Below are positions 50,601 to 62,421 of a stretch of 64,000 nt of DNA, in pieces. Origin of the DNA: Okamejei kenojei (Eukaryota); contig CM069151.1 of assembly GCA_035221665.1 (NCBI GenBank), positions 37,820,001-37,884,000 of the forward strand. Reading direction: 5' to 3'. The notes below the pieces were generated by a model. It saw nothing but the letters and a program-made list of their open reading frames with translations. It made no database searches and had not been told where the DNA came from. Every line of letters begins with the position of its first letter. The stretch's first letter is position 1. Both the position numbers and the translations under genes were made by a program.

Positions 50601-53600
50601 ATGATTGAAAAAGAAAATGGTGAACATTGCCATTTGGTGTAGTGCAAGGAGTTGAGGTAAAAGATTGTAGTAGAATGGAAGATGATTTACTTTGAATTCA
50701 ATTAGGTGTCCACCAGATTGAGAATATGGGATTTTAATAATATGAAAAGAGAAAAGTGTTTAATTTGGTAATACCAACATCCATTCGCTTTCATAATCGG
50801 AGGTGCATTACCTCTGTTGAAGACACTCCAGCCTCAGCCTCAGTTTTCTCTTTGGATAAAACTCGAACAAGCTGGTGGTTGGTCCGAGAGTCCTCCATGG
50901 AGGGCTTGTTGGTGGATGTTTGGCTTGATTTGTGCTGGTTCCTGAGGTGGTTCATGTTCTTCTTTAAGGTTTCTAAATAGAATATATTTTTTGACACGAG
51001 AATCTAAGCTAAGGATCAGTGATTGTAAAACGTCCCTATATTCAGTCCAAATATTTTTGGGTTGAGAAATACCAAATTTATTTCAGATACAGAAACATCT
51101 TTTAGTGATTGAGGCAACATAGACCAGGTATCATTTTCCAAAATTCACCCTTCTCTTAATGCTATTTTGAGTACCTTTCCCTGATGTAGTAAACACACAA
51201 AAAATTCAAGTGAATTCAAGATGGCTTTTCAATTTATTTGTTTAGTCAAATGAGTATGCAAAATAATGTTTTTCAAATAAATTTACCTTCATTTTTATTT
51301 ATATGCATTACGAGAATTAGCAATAAAAATACCATCAGCGTTTTGGAAAGAAAATGCAAGTACCAAATTAAGAATATCAAGAAGTTGCTGAATGTCTCAA
51401 CTGGGTTCACATGCAGATGGAGTTCAATATGCAGTTATATTTTGCTCCATTATTATGCTATGGTATTTATATCAAGATTTCATTATCTTTTAGAACTAAT
51501 TTGTTTTATTAAATCTGCCTCCCAAAAACAATCTCCCGAAAATACTGAATGAGTACAACATTTCTATTAGTGACACAGGGGCCTGCAGGGTTGCAGCCCA
51601 ATACAGTGATTATCCCTTTACCTTCACAGATGCTACTTGACCCACTGAGTTCTGTCCGCAGTTTATTTTTGCTCAACATTTCTACCGGTTACCATTTTAA
51701 TCACATCAATTCACTCTTGTTTGTCATAATAGCTAATTAGAGAATATAGACTAATCCCTTAACAACTACTTTGTCAACGGAAAGCAGAACAACATTAATA
51801 ATGGCAGTAAAATACTGCAGCTGCAGGAAGGGTGATTGCTGTCTAATACCGCACTGCGTAGAAAGATGTTCAATTTTAATAAATTGATTTAGATAAATAC
51901 AAATGACATATGCTGATTTGACATTAGTAAAAGTTTCAGATTTCCATAGGTGGGGGTGGGTGGGGTGCGGAGGAGGGGGGGATTGGAAGGAGTTTCTTCT
52001 CCTTAACAATTTATTGTATAATATACTAATAGTCCAGATTAAGGGTTTTGACACAAATCATCAGCTGTCCATTTCCTTTCACAGATACTGTCTATTCCAC
52101 TGAGTTCCTGAGGCAATTTGATTTTTGTTTGGTTATGTATTCTGATTTAATTGACAAGAGCAATATTGAACTCGCTCGAAGTAGATAAGCTAAACTTTAA
52201 GGTCTCATGAAAGTTGTTCCCGGCTTGAACTCCAGGGGCCACTTTGGAGCAAATTCTAGTCCAGCTTTACAATGATGCAGGTACTAAATGAGAAAATATC
52301 AAAATGAAAATCTTAGCCAAAACTAATTTTAAGATTTAAAATGGTGAATCACTACTGAAGACTCAACTGAGAATTATTACACAACTGCTATTTTCCTCAC
52401 CTTTAATGCTCCCTTTATTATTTTTCTGTTCCTCTATTACAGCTTGGTTTTTCTTCTTCTGGTTGTCTCGTTCATAAAGAGAGAAGGTTGGTTGTGTCTC
52501 GCTTGATGAATCACTCCATCCAGGATAGCCTGGCAAAAGAAAGCAACCACTGCTTTTATTATTTTAGATGATCAAATCAAAATAGTCTGCAAATGTTGCT
52601 AACCCGCATGTAGTCTAAAATTATGTTCATTTGCCACAGATTTCATATTCATATTTTCTCATGACATGCAAGTCCATCGAGTCACTGCTGACTTTCAGAG
52701 CAATCCCATTAATTATATTGTTCAAGAAGGAATTTTTTTTTCTTCGGAGGGAGGAGGGCCTGAAGAAGGGTTTCGGCCTGAAACGTTGCCTATTTCCTTC
52801 GCTCCATAGATGCTGCCTCACCCGCTGAGTTTCTCCAGTACTTTTGTCTACCCATTAATTATATTCTGCCAGTTATTTCCTTCTCATGAACTAGTCCATT
52901 GATTCCTCCAATTCACCTACTACCCACCGACCATAAGGATAATTTAAAGTAGCCAATGAATCTCCCAACCAGCACATCTTTGAGAGGGAAGTTGGTACAC
53001 TCATGGAAACCCACAGGATCGCTGGAAAACACCCAAATTCCACGCAGGTAGCACCAGAACTCATGACCAAATCTCGTTGACTGGAGCTGTGAGGAAGCAA
53101 CAAATCAACAAACCTGTAGCCTCAATCTTCTACCCGTCCTGTCTCCCAGGCCGCCCCTCACACAACTATATTATTCACCGCTTACGATCTTATCTCATTC
53201 TGAAGTTGTATAAACTCTTCGGTTCAAATACCAGGAACACATGTTAAGAGATTAGAAAATTATATAGATGCCATTCCACAAATCATTAAACTTAATTTAA
53301 AAACTGTATCAAGGAAAGTATGGAAGAAAATAATAGTAATACAGAGGGAACTGTATGGATCTCCAGAGAGAATGGAATGGGAGAATATTACAAGATGATG
53401 GACTTGAGATTAATCAAAAATGTTCTAAATTTTGTTGGGATGGGCATTTTTATTGCTCAATAATCTCATGTTTCAACTTAACAAAAAATGTATTCCTGCA
53501 ATGCACTTACTTGACTGAATCATTGGATCTAGTTCTGCGGGTCTGTTTTTGGAACCTGAAGATTTATGGGGAATGTCCAAATTTTTATCATATTTTTTTA

Positions 53601-56600
53601 TATGAGATTTCCCAGGAGATTGGAAATGTCTGCCTACAAAATCTGTATCTAGATGAATAAGAACAAATATCAGGTTACAAAATCTTCACAAGTGATAAAT
53701 TTTTTATCATTAAAAAAAATTATATTGTGCTGCTCACATACTCAGTGGCATTTCACAGTAATAATTTACTGCTTGATTTAATCACCAATGCACTAATTGA
53801 TTACATGCAGCAGCCACTGTGCCCACAGCAATGCTTCCAAAAGACATTGGTAACACGTAAAATACTGTTAAAAAGCATTGCTGACCTAAAATATTGATGA
53901 ATTCTACCAAAGAAAACTTGGAATTTTATATGTCCACCTGGTTGAGAACATGCCTGGTTAACTTCTCTGTTAATATAATTCAGAAGTCTGTTTACTGCTT
54001 CTTTCACAAGATACGTCTAACAGTGTAGCACTCAACACTTCACAGATATGCCAGCTTAGATGATGAACAAGTCTCCAGGGAGAAGCCTAACCCAATGTTT
54101 TTCTGATTCTGGAGAAATGGTTCCACTTAGCATGGCTGACACTTTAAACATGTGGAACTAATGCAGAAACTAGTTACTGCTTGATTTATAAAAACGTGTA
54201 CGTATGCTTACATTTGATTATCAAACAGGCAATTATAGCTTTAGGATATAAACAAAGGATGGCTGACTATTAAAATATTAAAACTAATATGGAAGGTTTT
54301 GAGCATTCCAACAACGCTAGGTATTTGGTGGCAAATGTTAAAAGGCTTAGAATTTAATTGAAGAGATGGGAAGACTAAACAATAAAGAAATATTTAAACA
54401 TCTCAAGAAACATATATGATGTTCATTACAATGTTGCCCAAAATATAACAAGGGAGCAGGAGGAAATCATGTATCGGGAGAAACCAAGCATGCTAAAGAT
54501 TACTACACATGGCTACAGAAGAAACAGGACCAGAAATTAAACATCAGATTGTATAAAATATTTTTTTAAAGAAAACAGAGGATAAAAAGAGGAACGAGGA
54601 AAATGGACTAACAGTAATTATTAGGAATGACAGAATAAAAGTAGAATAGAAGAAATAAATCAATAATGAAGAGAAAGGTAGAATTCATATGGATACACAA
54701 TCTAATATGGAAGCAACATGGATGAAGAAATAAGAGAAATGTTTAATAAAAAGTGTGACTACTGTGATATTAAAAGGACATTATGTAGACGGAGGGAGCA
54801 AGGGAATGGTGATTTTGTAATGTATATGGGTCTTTTTAATATGTCAAAATCCCAACAAAAGTGGATTGTTGTTGAATCCAGTAATAGGGAATGAACGACA
54901 GCAGATATGTTATAAAGCATACGGTATTAGGGGTTCAGTATTGATGTGGATAGAGAACTGGCTGGCAAACAGGAAGCAAAGAGTAGGAGTAAACGGGTCC
55001 TTTTCACAATGGCAGGCAGTAACTAGTGGGGTACCGCAGGGCTCAGTGCTGGGACCCCAGCTATTTACAATATATATTAATGATCTGGATGATGGAATTG
55101 AAGGTAATATCTCCAGGTTTGCGGATGACACTAAGCTGGGGGGCAGTGTTCGCTGTGAGGAGGATGCTAGGAGACTGCAAGGTGACTTGGATAGGCTGGG
55201 TGAGTGGGCAAATGTTTGGCAGATGCAGTATAATGTGGATAAATGTGAGGTTATCCACTTTGGTGGCAAAAACAGGAAAGCAGACTATTATTTAAATGGT
55301 GGCCGATTAGGAAAAGGGGAGATGCAGCGAGACCTGGGTGTCATGGTACACCAGTCATTGAAAGTAGGCATGCAGGTGCAGCAGGCAGTGAAAAAAGCAA
55401 ATGGTATGTTAGCTTTCATAGCAAAAGGATTTGAGTACAGGAGCAGGGAGGTTCTACTTCAGTTGTACAGGGTCTTGGTGAGACCACACCTGGAGTATTG
55501 CGTACAGTTTTGGTCTCCAAATCTGAGGAAGGACATTATTGCCATAGAGGGAGTGCAGAGAAGGTTCACCAGACTGATTCCTGGAATGTCAGGACTGTCT
55601 TATGAAGAAAGACTGGATAGACTCGGTTTATACTCTCTGGAATTTAGGAGATTGAGAGGGGATCTTATAGAAACTTACAACATTCTTAAGGGGTTGGACA
55701 GGCTAGATGCAGGAAGATTGTTCCCGATGTTAGGGAAGTCCAGGACAAGGGGTCACAGCTTAAGGATAAGGGGGAAATCCTTTAAGACCGAGATGAGATA
55801 GACTTTTTTCACACAGAGAGTGGTGAGTCTCTGGAACTCTCTGCCACAGAGGGTAGTTGAGGCCAGTTCATTGGCTATATTTAAGAGTGAGTTGGATGTG
55901 GCCCTTGTGGCTAAGGGGATCAGAGGGTATGGAGAGAAGGCAGGTACGGGATACTGAGTTGGATGATCAGCCATGATCATATTGAATGGCGGTGCAGGCT
56001 CGAAGGGCTGAATGGCCTACTCCTGCACCTAATTTCTATGTTTCTATCTATGTTTCTATAAAGAAACATATAGCCAATCATGCCTATAACATACTTTAAT
56101 GTGATAACTGAGAAGGACATCAAGTGTGATAGCACAGATAACTAGGTTTGGGAAATGGCCACAGAAGAGAAGATTAAAATGGGCAACAGTACTGGCTAAA
56201 ACAACAATGCAGAAGACACTGGAAAACATGAAGAAGGTGATCAGCAGAGTATAAACAAAACCATAAACAAAACCCTCATGTTTTCTGCATTTAGGTTAAT
56301 AAGTAAAAATAGTCAATTTTAAAATAGAAATTCTACATTACTATCTACCTGAAAGGACTGATTCACACTTGAATCATCCATTAGTTTTATTTTTGTGACA
56401 CATATCCACATACTGAATATATTCAAAGTGTTCTATTTAGTCCATGAATTGTAAATTATAGAAATATACAATATCTCCATTACCTTTCAAAGTATCTTTA
56501 AAATCTTCATACACAGTGTGTGAATGTTTGGCTGATGCCTGTAGCTTTGATCTTTGATGGCCTGGTAACTTTTTAAAGCTCAACATTCTGAGAAGAGAGA

Positions 56601-59600
56601 ACATTTGTAGCAGGCACAACAACTGCGTTCTCTGTACAATATTCAGAAGCAACTTATAGTTAACATTTTTTCTTGAGTCAGAGAAGGGCAAGGGTAACAA
56701 TGTGATTTGTTAAGTTTCTTCAGAAGTAACAGAATACATAAGTATGCATTATGAAACCAATTTGTCATCTCATTGGGTTCAAGGATGGCCATTTCCAATT
56801 CAGAACTGTGGGTTCCTGATAATGTCTTTGTCAGACTCAAGGATTATGCCTTCCCTGTGACAGAGGGTGTTTAATTGAGAAGCTGATAGGTAATTTGGGA
56901 AGTGATATAATATTTCCGCCATCCATGCTGAAATTCTTTGTGTCGGTTGCAGTGAATCGAGATTCTCAACATCATCCTGCATGGTCTGGGCAGTCATCAT
57001 CTTAGGATTTCTTTGAGTCAGTGAGAACGTTACAACTTTTCAAAGATACTTTGAGAATATCCACAATTCATCTATTTTCCCAATTGGACAATATCTGGAT
57101 GGAACTATTAACAGAATGTCTGTTTTGAGAGTCTCATGTTAGGAATGTGAACAAAATGGCTTGCATATCATGCAGAAACAAGGAACTGCAGATGCTGGTT
57201 TATACCATAGATTAACACAAAGTGTTGGAGTAACTCAGCGGGTTAAGCATCATCTCTGGAGGAAAAAGATATGTGACGTCCAGAAGGTCCTGACCTGACT
57301 TTGTACTTTGTATCTATCTTTGGTTTGTCTATTATATTTGTTGGAGTGTAATTGGGGGATGTTGGCCTGTGAGATGGTGTTAATGTTACTTTGCTTATCT
57401 TGTCAGTAGATTTGTAGGATTTTTACAGAGACAACATTTGTGCTATTGCTTTAACACTATGAGGTGCATGTTGTTGCTTGCTCATCACTCAGGGGTACAC
57501 AGGAGAACAGAGATTATTGCTGCCTGGTGAACCACGAGCTATGTGTTCGGTTTAAGGTCTAGATCTTCAAACATTTGTTCCCCCAGATAGTTGGCTGGTG
57601 CACAGAAAGCAAGGGTTAATTTCATTATTAAACAGGACTGAAGTATTGAAAGATACTGTATGATAGTTTCCCGGACTCTTGGTGTGGACTCTTGGTGTAT
57701 GTGCAGGGCAGTGTTGTATAAACATTGACTGCAGGAAGAAAGATCTGCTCTCAACCCACACTGAGGTTGTTGACAGAGGGCCTATGTTTTATGGATGTCT
57801 TGTATACTTCACTGAAGATCTAAAAATGATTTCTCATTCCTTGGCCATGGGAGTGAGTGGGTAGCTGAGGAGGGTTCAGTGAATTTTCCTGTCGCAGATA
57901 GAGGGAGATCATTCTCCAACTGCATTCACCTTCTTGTTTACCAGTCATGCAGATGGTCATGATTACATCTCTGATACACCCAGGCACACCCTTCTCTTCC
58001 CAGATATGGGAGACAAGGTTGGGAACATGCGATATTTTCTTTGACATGTTCTAGAATTTCAACAGGTCAACCATTTACTCTCAAGCAAATGGAGTTTATG
58101 TCCTCGTTTATGCGGACAACAAGATCTACAAGAACAGAGTCACAATTGAGGAGTTTTCCTTTCAGTATACATTGGCCCCATTCCCAGTCTTGATAAATCT
58201 ACCTCCGTTTTTGGCACATAATGAGTGTTGAACCGCAATGACCTCGGCAGTACTGAAGAACCTGTGCATTTTATATTTTTTGGTGCTATTCTATCTGGTT
58301 CATTTTTATCCATTTTCAGGTTTAAATCCAAGAACGCCTGCAGATAAGAGGGCTAGAGGAATCAAAGGGTATGGGGAGAAGGCAGGAACGGGGTACTGAT
58401 TGTGGATGATCGGCCATGGTCACATTGAATGGCATTGCTGGCTCGAAGGGCCGGATGGCCTACTCCTGCACCTATTGTCTATGTATCTATGTATATCCTT
58501 TTCAATCTCATCTAATGAGTCTTGGTGCTTTCTGGTTAGAAGTCAGTATCTCTTCACCAGTCTAATTAGGGTCTTCAGGATGGTCCAGGTACTGTGGACA
58601 GTGTGTGGCTCCTGTTGGTTATGGGTTGTCAAGTTGCTGTCCAAGAGGAACTATCATTCCAGACCTTCAACACTGATTTTCTTACAAAAATAGTTTCTAT
58701 AGTTGCTTTTGTTTTGGGACCAGTCCGAGGGAAATAATAGATGATTAGATGGTAGCCCATCAAACAGACATCAACATCTGTAAAGGCATCTGATTCAAAC
58801 ATCCTTCTGATCGCTTGCTCAAACACTGGTATAATCTAACAGGGGTCATTTCCTGGGTAGAGCATGTTGCCATGTGGTTCTCTTCTTATCTCTGGCAAAC
58901 CAAGATTTTGGCTTTGTCAATCAAGTGTCCTTAGCATTTTGTGCTGAGGAAAACTCTATTTGGATTATCTTTTCCTAGAAATTCCTTACCAATCATGTCT
59001 TACTAGAGGATTGTATCTATTTCAAACTTGGTAATGACGTTGTCCAAGAATATCAGTTAGCCTAACTCTGGGATGCAAGTTAGGGTTTGGAAGGTTGCAG
59101 AAAACTTTTCCAAGATCATAACAGCCTCACACACACAAATGGGATTTTTTGGCTGATGACTGCAGTATGCACTTCCTACTTCAGAGTGATCTGATGGGGC
59201 TTGAATATTGCACATATACAACAGAGAGTGTCATTGAGGCACCACATCAACTTGTCTTGACAGAAAACTTAATCTCATGATAACATTATTTAATTTCCAG
59301 TTTGCCCTTGTTTTTCTGGCTATTTCAAACCACTTTCCAGGCTTTCCCTCTAAACTATATTTAAAGACGACAGAGCCTCACATCAGTGGTAGGGATGCTA
59401 TGGAGAGGATTCTTAGCAACAGGATTTACTCATATTGGGAATAAAATGGGCAAATTAGTGACAGTCTGTGTGGTTTTGTCCATGGCAGGTCCTTTCCCCT
59501 GCAACCGCTGGATATGTAACACCTGTGCCTTCGCCTTCTCTCTCATTTGAGTTATCATTATCTGTACTAATTTTTTTTTAGCCCATCTAAATATCACATA

Positions 59601-60399
59601 CATGTTTACCTCTTCTCATCTTCAATCTCCTTATGTTTAGAAAGGCCCTCCTCTTCACTATCCCAAGGACTTGAATCAACAGCGTTTCCCTAAAGCAATC
59701 ACATAGGAATTCTAAAAATAATCTCCATCACAGGCTTTTTCAATTTTTGAAATGCATTGAATGAAGGTTTTGAATATAGAAAATCTTAAGGTGCATATAT
59801 CATTTAAAAAAAAATCTACTCATAACTGAAAATTTAAAAAAAAAACACAGATGCTGGAAATGTGAAATTAAAAAATGGAAAATGAGAGAAACATTTTGCA
59901 GGTCAGGCAACATCTGCTAAAAGAAACCGAGTTAACATTTCAGGCTACTGGATTAAATCAGATATATAAACATTTTTTTTTAGAAATACAAGTAAGTACA
60001 CATAAGCACTCTGCAATTTTACCTGACATTCAAATGAACAGTCAGCTCTTTTGTCTCCAATAATTTATGGATTGTAATTCTACTGCAAAGACACATAACA
60101 TATGCTTACCTATCATCTCTCTTCATCATCCACACCTGTTCTCCATCATGGTAGCAGAGACTAGATGAAAGATAAAACCTTCTACTAACAAGGCTTTAAG
60201 CAGCATTCAGTATAGTATGAGATGCTCGCTGCCTAGCCCCATACAGGTGCAGGCTCTCTATCCTGTCCGTCAAGACTTCAAAACTCTATAGCACTATAGC
60301 AGGGTTCGCTTGGATACCATTCATTCCACAACACACCAAAAAAGGATTATCTGTTCCATACCTGATGTACAGCGGTTTTTTCATTTTTTGATACAACAT
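44320..60399 (-). CDS. uncharacterised spliced gene (about 396 aa from the first in-frame ATG at 60399); low-complexity N-terminal part, amphipathic/hydrophobic C-terminal domain
   Basis: Nine exons with consensus splice sites join in one open frame. The true start codon is uncertain. Confidence 0.72.
46226..46315 (-). CDS. minus-strand gene exon (LIYHFDFGHQNFYETKKEYNEACISNLADW)
   Basis: tttttcattcctcag| ... TG|gtgagc; phase 2-2. Confidence 0.8.
46400..46521 (-). CDS. minus-strand gene exon (LGQANVGLIEES...YKEN)
   Basis: tttcttccacag| ... AA|gtgagt; phase 0->2. Confidence 0.8.
46960..47275 (+). mobile_element. V-SINE (HE1-like)
   Basis: GGCTGCACAGTGGCACAGC...GGGTTCCATCC...GTGTGGAGTTT. Confidence 0.78.
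47505..50290 (+). mobile_element. Penelope-like retroelement (Neptune-type), degraded, with an inverted 5' terminal repeat
   Basis: RT motifs MDVQSLYT, GTRMGPSYA and YIDDC; Cys motif CSRKKCYTC; GIY-YIG region IYCIRC...IGETKRRL..RFAEH ending at TAG 50109-50111. 47505-47905 is the reverse complement of about 49915-50290. Confidence 0.92.
50812..50972 (-). CDS. minus-strand gene exon (TLKKNMNH...VSSTE)
   Basis: tctatttag| ... GAG|gtaatg; ORF 50791-50997. Confidence 0.8.
52401..52529 (-). CDS. minus-strand gene exon (YPGWSDSSSE...GSIK)
   Basis: ctttcttttgccag| ... G|gtgagg; phase 1-1. Confidence 0.8.
52756..52791 (+). ncRNA. hammerhead ribozyme-like core with a potential stem I
   Basis: GGGC-CTGAAGA-AGGGTTTCGGCCT-GAAA-CGTT-GCCT. 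Confidence 0.5.
53511..53633 (-). CDS. minus-strand gene exon (RHFQSPGK...PMIQS)
   Basis: ttttgtag| ... A|gtaagt; phase 1-1. Confidence 0.78.
54910..56060 (+). mobile_element. young 5'-truncated CR1 LINE (RT C-terminus)
   Basis: GVPQGSVLGP, FADD and LVRPHLEYC motifs in the 311-aa ORF; (TTTCTATG)n tail. Confidence 0.95.
56484..56587 (-). CDS. minus-strand gene exon (MLSFKKLPGHQR...DTLK)
   Basis: ttctctcttctcag| ... G|gtaatg; phase 2->1. Confidence 0.7.
57450..59260 (-). mobile_element. degenerate RTE-type LINE, interrupted by a CR1 3' end (about 58345-58495, +)
   Basis: IWEEKGVPGCIRDVIMTI...ECSWRMISL resembles the RTE RT N-terminal motif (WEEE.IP.D.RDA.I.TI.KKGD...YRGISL). Boundaries are approximate. 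Confidence 0.6.
60110..60160 (-). CDS. minus-strand gene exon (LCYHDGEQVWMMKRDD)
   Basis: tctttcatctag| ... AG|gtaagc; phase 2-2. Confidence 0.68.
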
Positions 60400-60451
60400 T
60401 CCACTTGCTAGAAACTCGACTTTCTGCTGAGCTGCTTTCAATTTCACTGTC
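60362..60451 (-). CDS. minus-strand gene exon (TVKLKAAQQKVEFLASGMLYQKMKKPLYI)
   Basis: tttgtaaaccag| ... AG|gtatgg; phase 2-2. Confidence 0.65.
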
Positions 60452-61189
60452 CTGGTTTACAAACAAACAAAAAGTTTCAGAACTCGTCCTGTACAAACAT
60501 TCGATCTATTATCTAGGTGTGGTGGAGACACATTTGCCACTGATCCATTCAATCAAACAAACTCCTTGAAGATAAAAAAAATTAAATGTGTTGAGGCTAG
60601 AAAAGTCTGTAAAATATTACTTTTGCTGTGACTTCAGGCATTAACATTTCTAGGAACTGGAGGATCCTGTAAACGCACAGCTGTCTATAGAAGGAACTCA
60701 ATCAACCCATCACGTCCACACTGGCTTTTGCAACAGTAACAAAATTAATTGCATTATCCTGCTCTCTCTTCCATTAGCCTTGTGCCATACTTTTTTTAAA
60801 AATTTAAAACAGAAATTAGATAGATATCTGAAAATAGTCTTGTCTTTCCCAATGACATATGCATCATTAATTGTCTGCTTAAAATAGTTTCTTCTAATAT
60901 TTCTCTTGTTCTTTAGGACATTGCATTCCTGCATTCTCTCTCAAGATATGCATGATGATCCTGGCATTTAGTAGTAGGAAGAATCCCTATCCCATCATCC
61001 CCCCTGGGCTATTGACAAAGATTATCAATTATTTAGGGTTTTGTTGACACTGACAAGGAGAATTGCTCTCGAAATTTGCTTGAATTTAATTCTGGGACAC
61101 TGTTGGAGTTAACGTGAGCTTTGCAAATTTAGACATAATGTAGCATATGCCTGGATAGGTTTGTTAGACGTGATGCAAATACAAAAGAC

Positions 61190-61605
61190 TCCCCACCATT
61201 GACTTCATCTACACCACGCTATCTCAGAAAAGGAGCTAACATAATCAAAGAGCTGTTCCATACCTTTTTTCACCTGCTCCCATCTGGCAGAAGATACAGT
61301 ATTGAAGTTTGAAAGAGCGCACCACCAGAATCTGGAACAGTTCATCCCCTCTGTTATAAGGCTTCTGAACAGTCCTTCCATAAGCTAGAGTAGTATCCAA
61401 TTCAACTCTGCCTCATGGTGGACATTGAACTTTGTCTATGTTGAGAACTATAATCAGCACTCTGTGTCTTCCCGTTTGCCCTACCTATTGTACTTGAGTT
61501 TGATTTGTTGTATTTGTGTATAGTATTACCTGATCTGATTGAATAGCATGCAAAATAAAGCTTTTCACTGGACCTTGGTAGATGTGACAATAATAAACCT
61601 AAATC
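61190..61605 (+). mobile_element. Rex1/Babar-like LINE 3' end
   Basis: LLPSGRRY...RTTR motif, then AATAAA and a short tail. Confidence 0.65.
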
Positions 61606-62055
61606 TAAACAAAGCATGGAATTGCAGAGGATGTTGCCAGTGATGGAAAATCTTAGCTATGTGGAAACTGGGATTTTTTTTTGCAGAACAGGGGAGGTTC
61701 AGGGGAGAGTTAATTGAGTTGATTAAAGCTGAATCATCTGGATAGAGAAAATAAGGAATCTTCCCTTACCTGAAGAGGTCAAACGCCAGGAGACATAGAT
61801 TTTAAGTAATTAGTGCAAGAACTACAGAGGAAATTAAGATAAATCTTTGCACCCAGATGATAGTGGAGGCATGGAACTCATTGCCTGAGAGGCAGAATCT
61901 AAAAATATCACCTCAGTTAAGAAGTGCTTGCATGTGTAAAGAGTCATGATCCACAAGGCAGAAAGGTGAAATTAAGCTTTTTTTGACTGGCACAGACATG
62001 ATTGGATGAATGGTTTTAGGGTATGTCATAAATGGACACCATGATGACTTCTTAC

Positions 62056-62421
62056 CTTTGGGTCTTCAGGAAGAGGGTGAACAAGCTTTGATTATTAGGT
62101 TTATCTATCAAAGGAGAAGGAGGTGGAGCGAAAAAAGTCTCTGAACACAGGTTAGGCACAACTGGTTTTCGAGGAGCACTTCAACTTCTTGATGGGTGAG
62201 TAGGGCGTAAATCAGCAGATAATGGCAACATATAAAACTTGTCCGGTGGGAACTCCAGTACACACCAGGAGTGGTGCAGACTAGTGTTTACACAATTGGT
62301 TGTTCCACAATCCTTTTTTGTAGTGATGTTCAGCTATACTCTGGAGCCTGAAGAAGTGCCACGTTAATGAAGGAGGGTGGAGTCCTTTCCTTCAAACCCA
62401 TAGCACTGAGTGACTTAGCAT
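62056..62421 (-). pseudogene. upstream exon of the minus-strand gene, with a nonsense codon and an apparent frameshift (or a non-coding 5' exon)
   Basis: atatttcag| ... CAA AG|gtaaga. The phase-2 end matches the next exon, but there is an in-frame TGA at 62181-62183 and further stops upstream. Confidence 0.45.

Noticed and set aside
54866-55801. Host gene with an RT domain
   Set aside because: 5'-truncated CR1 copy with a premature stop and a typical 3' tail.
56643-57000. Overlapping minus-strand ORFs as extra exons
   Set aside because: No convincing splice sites, and the gene model is phase-complete without them.
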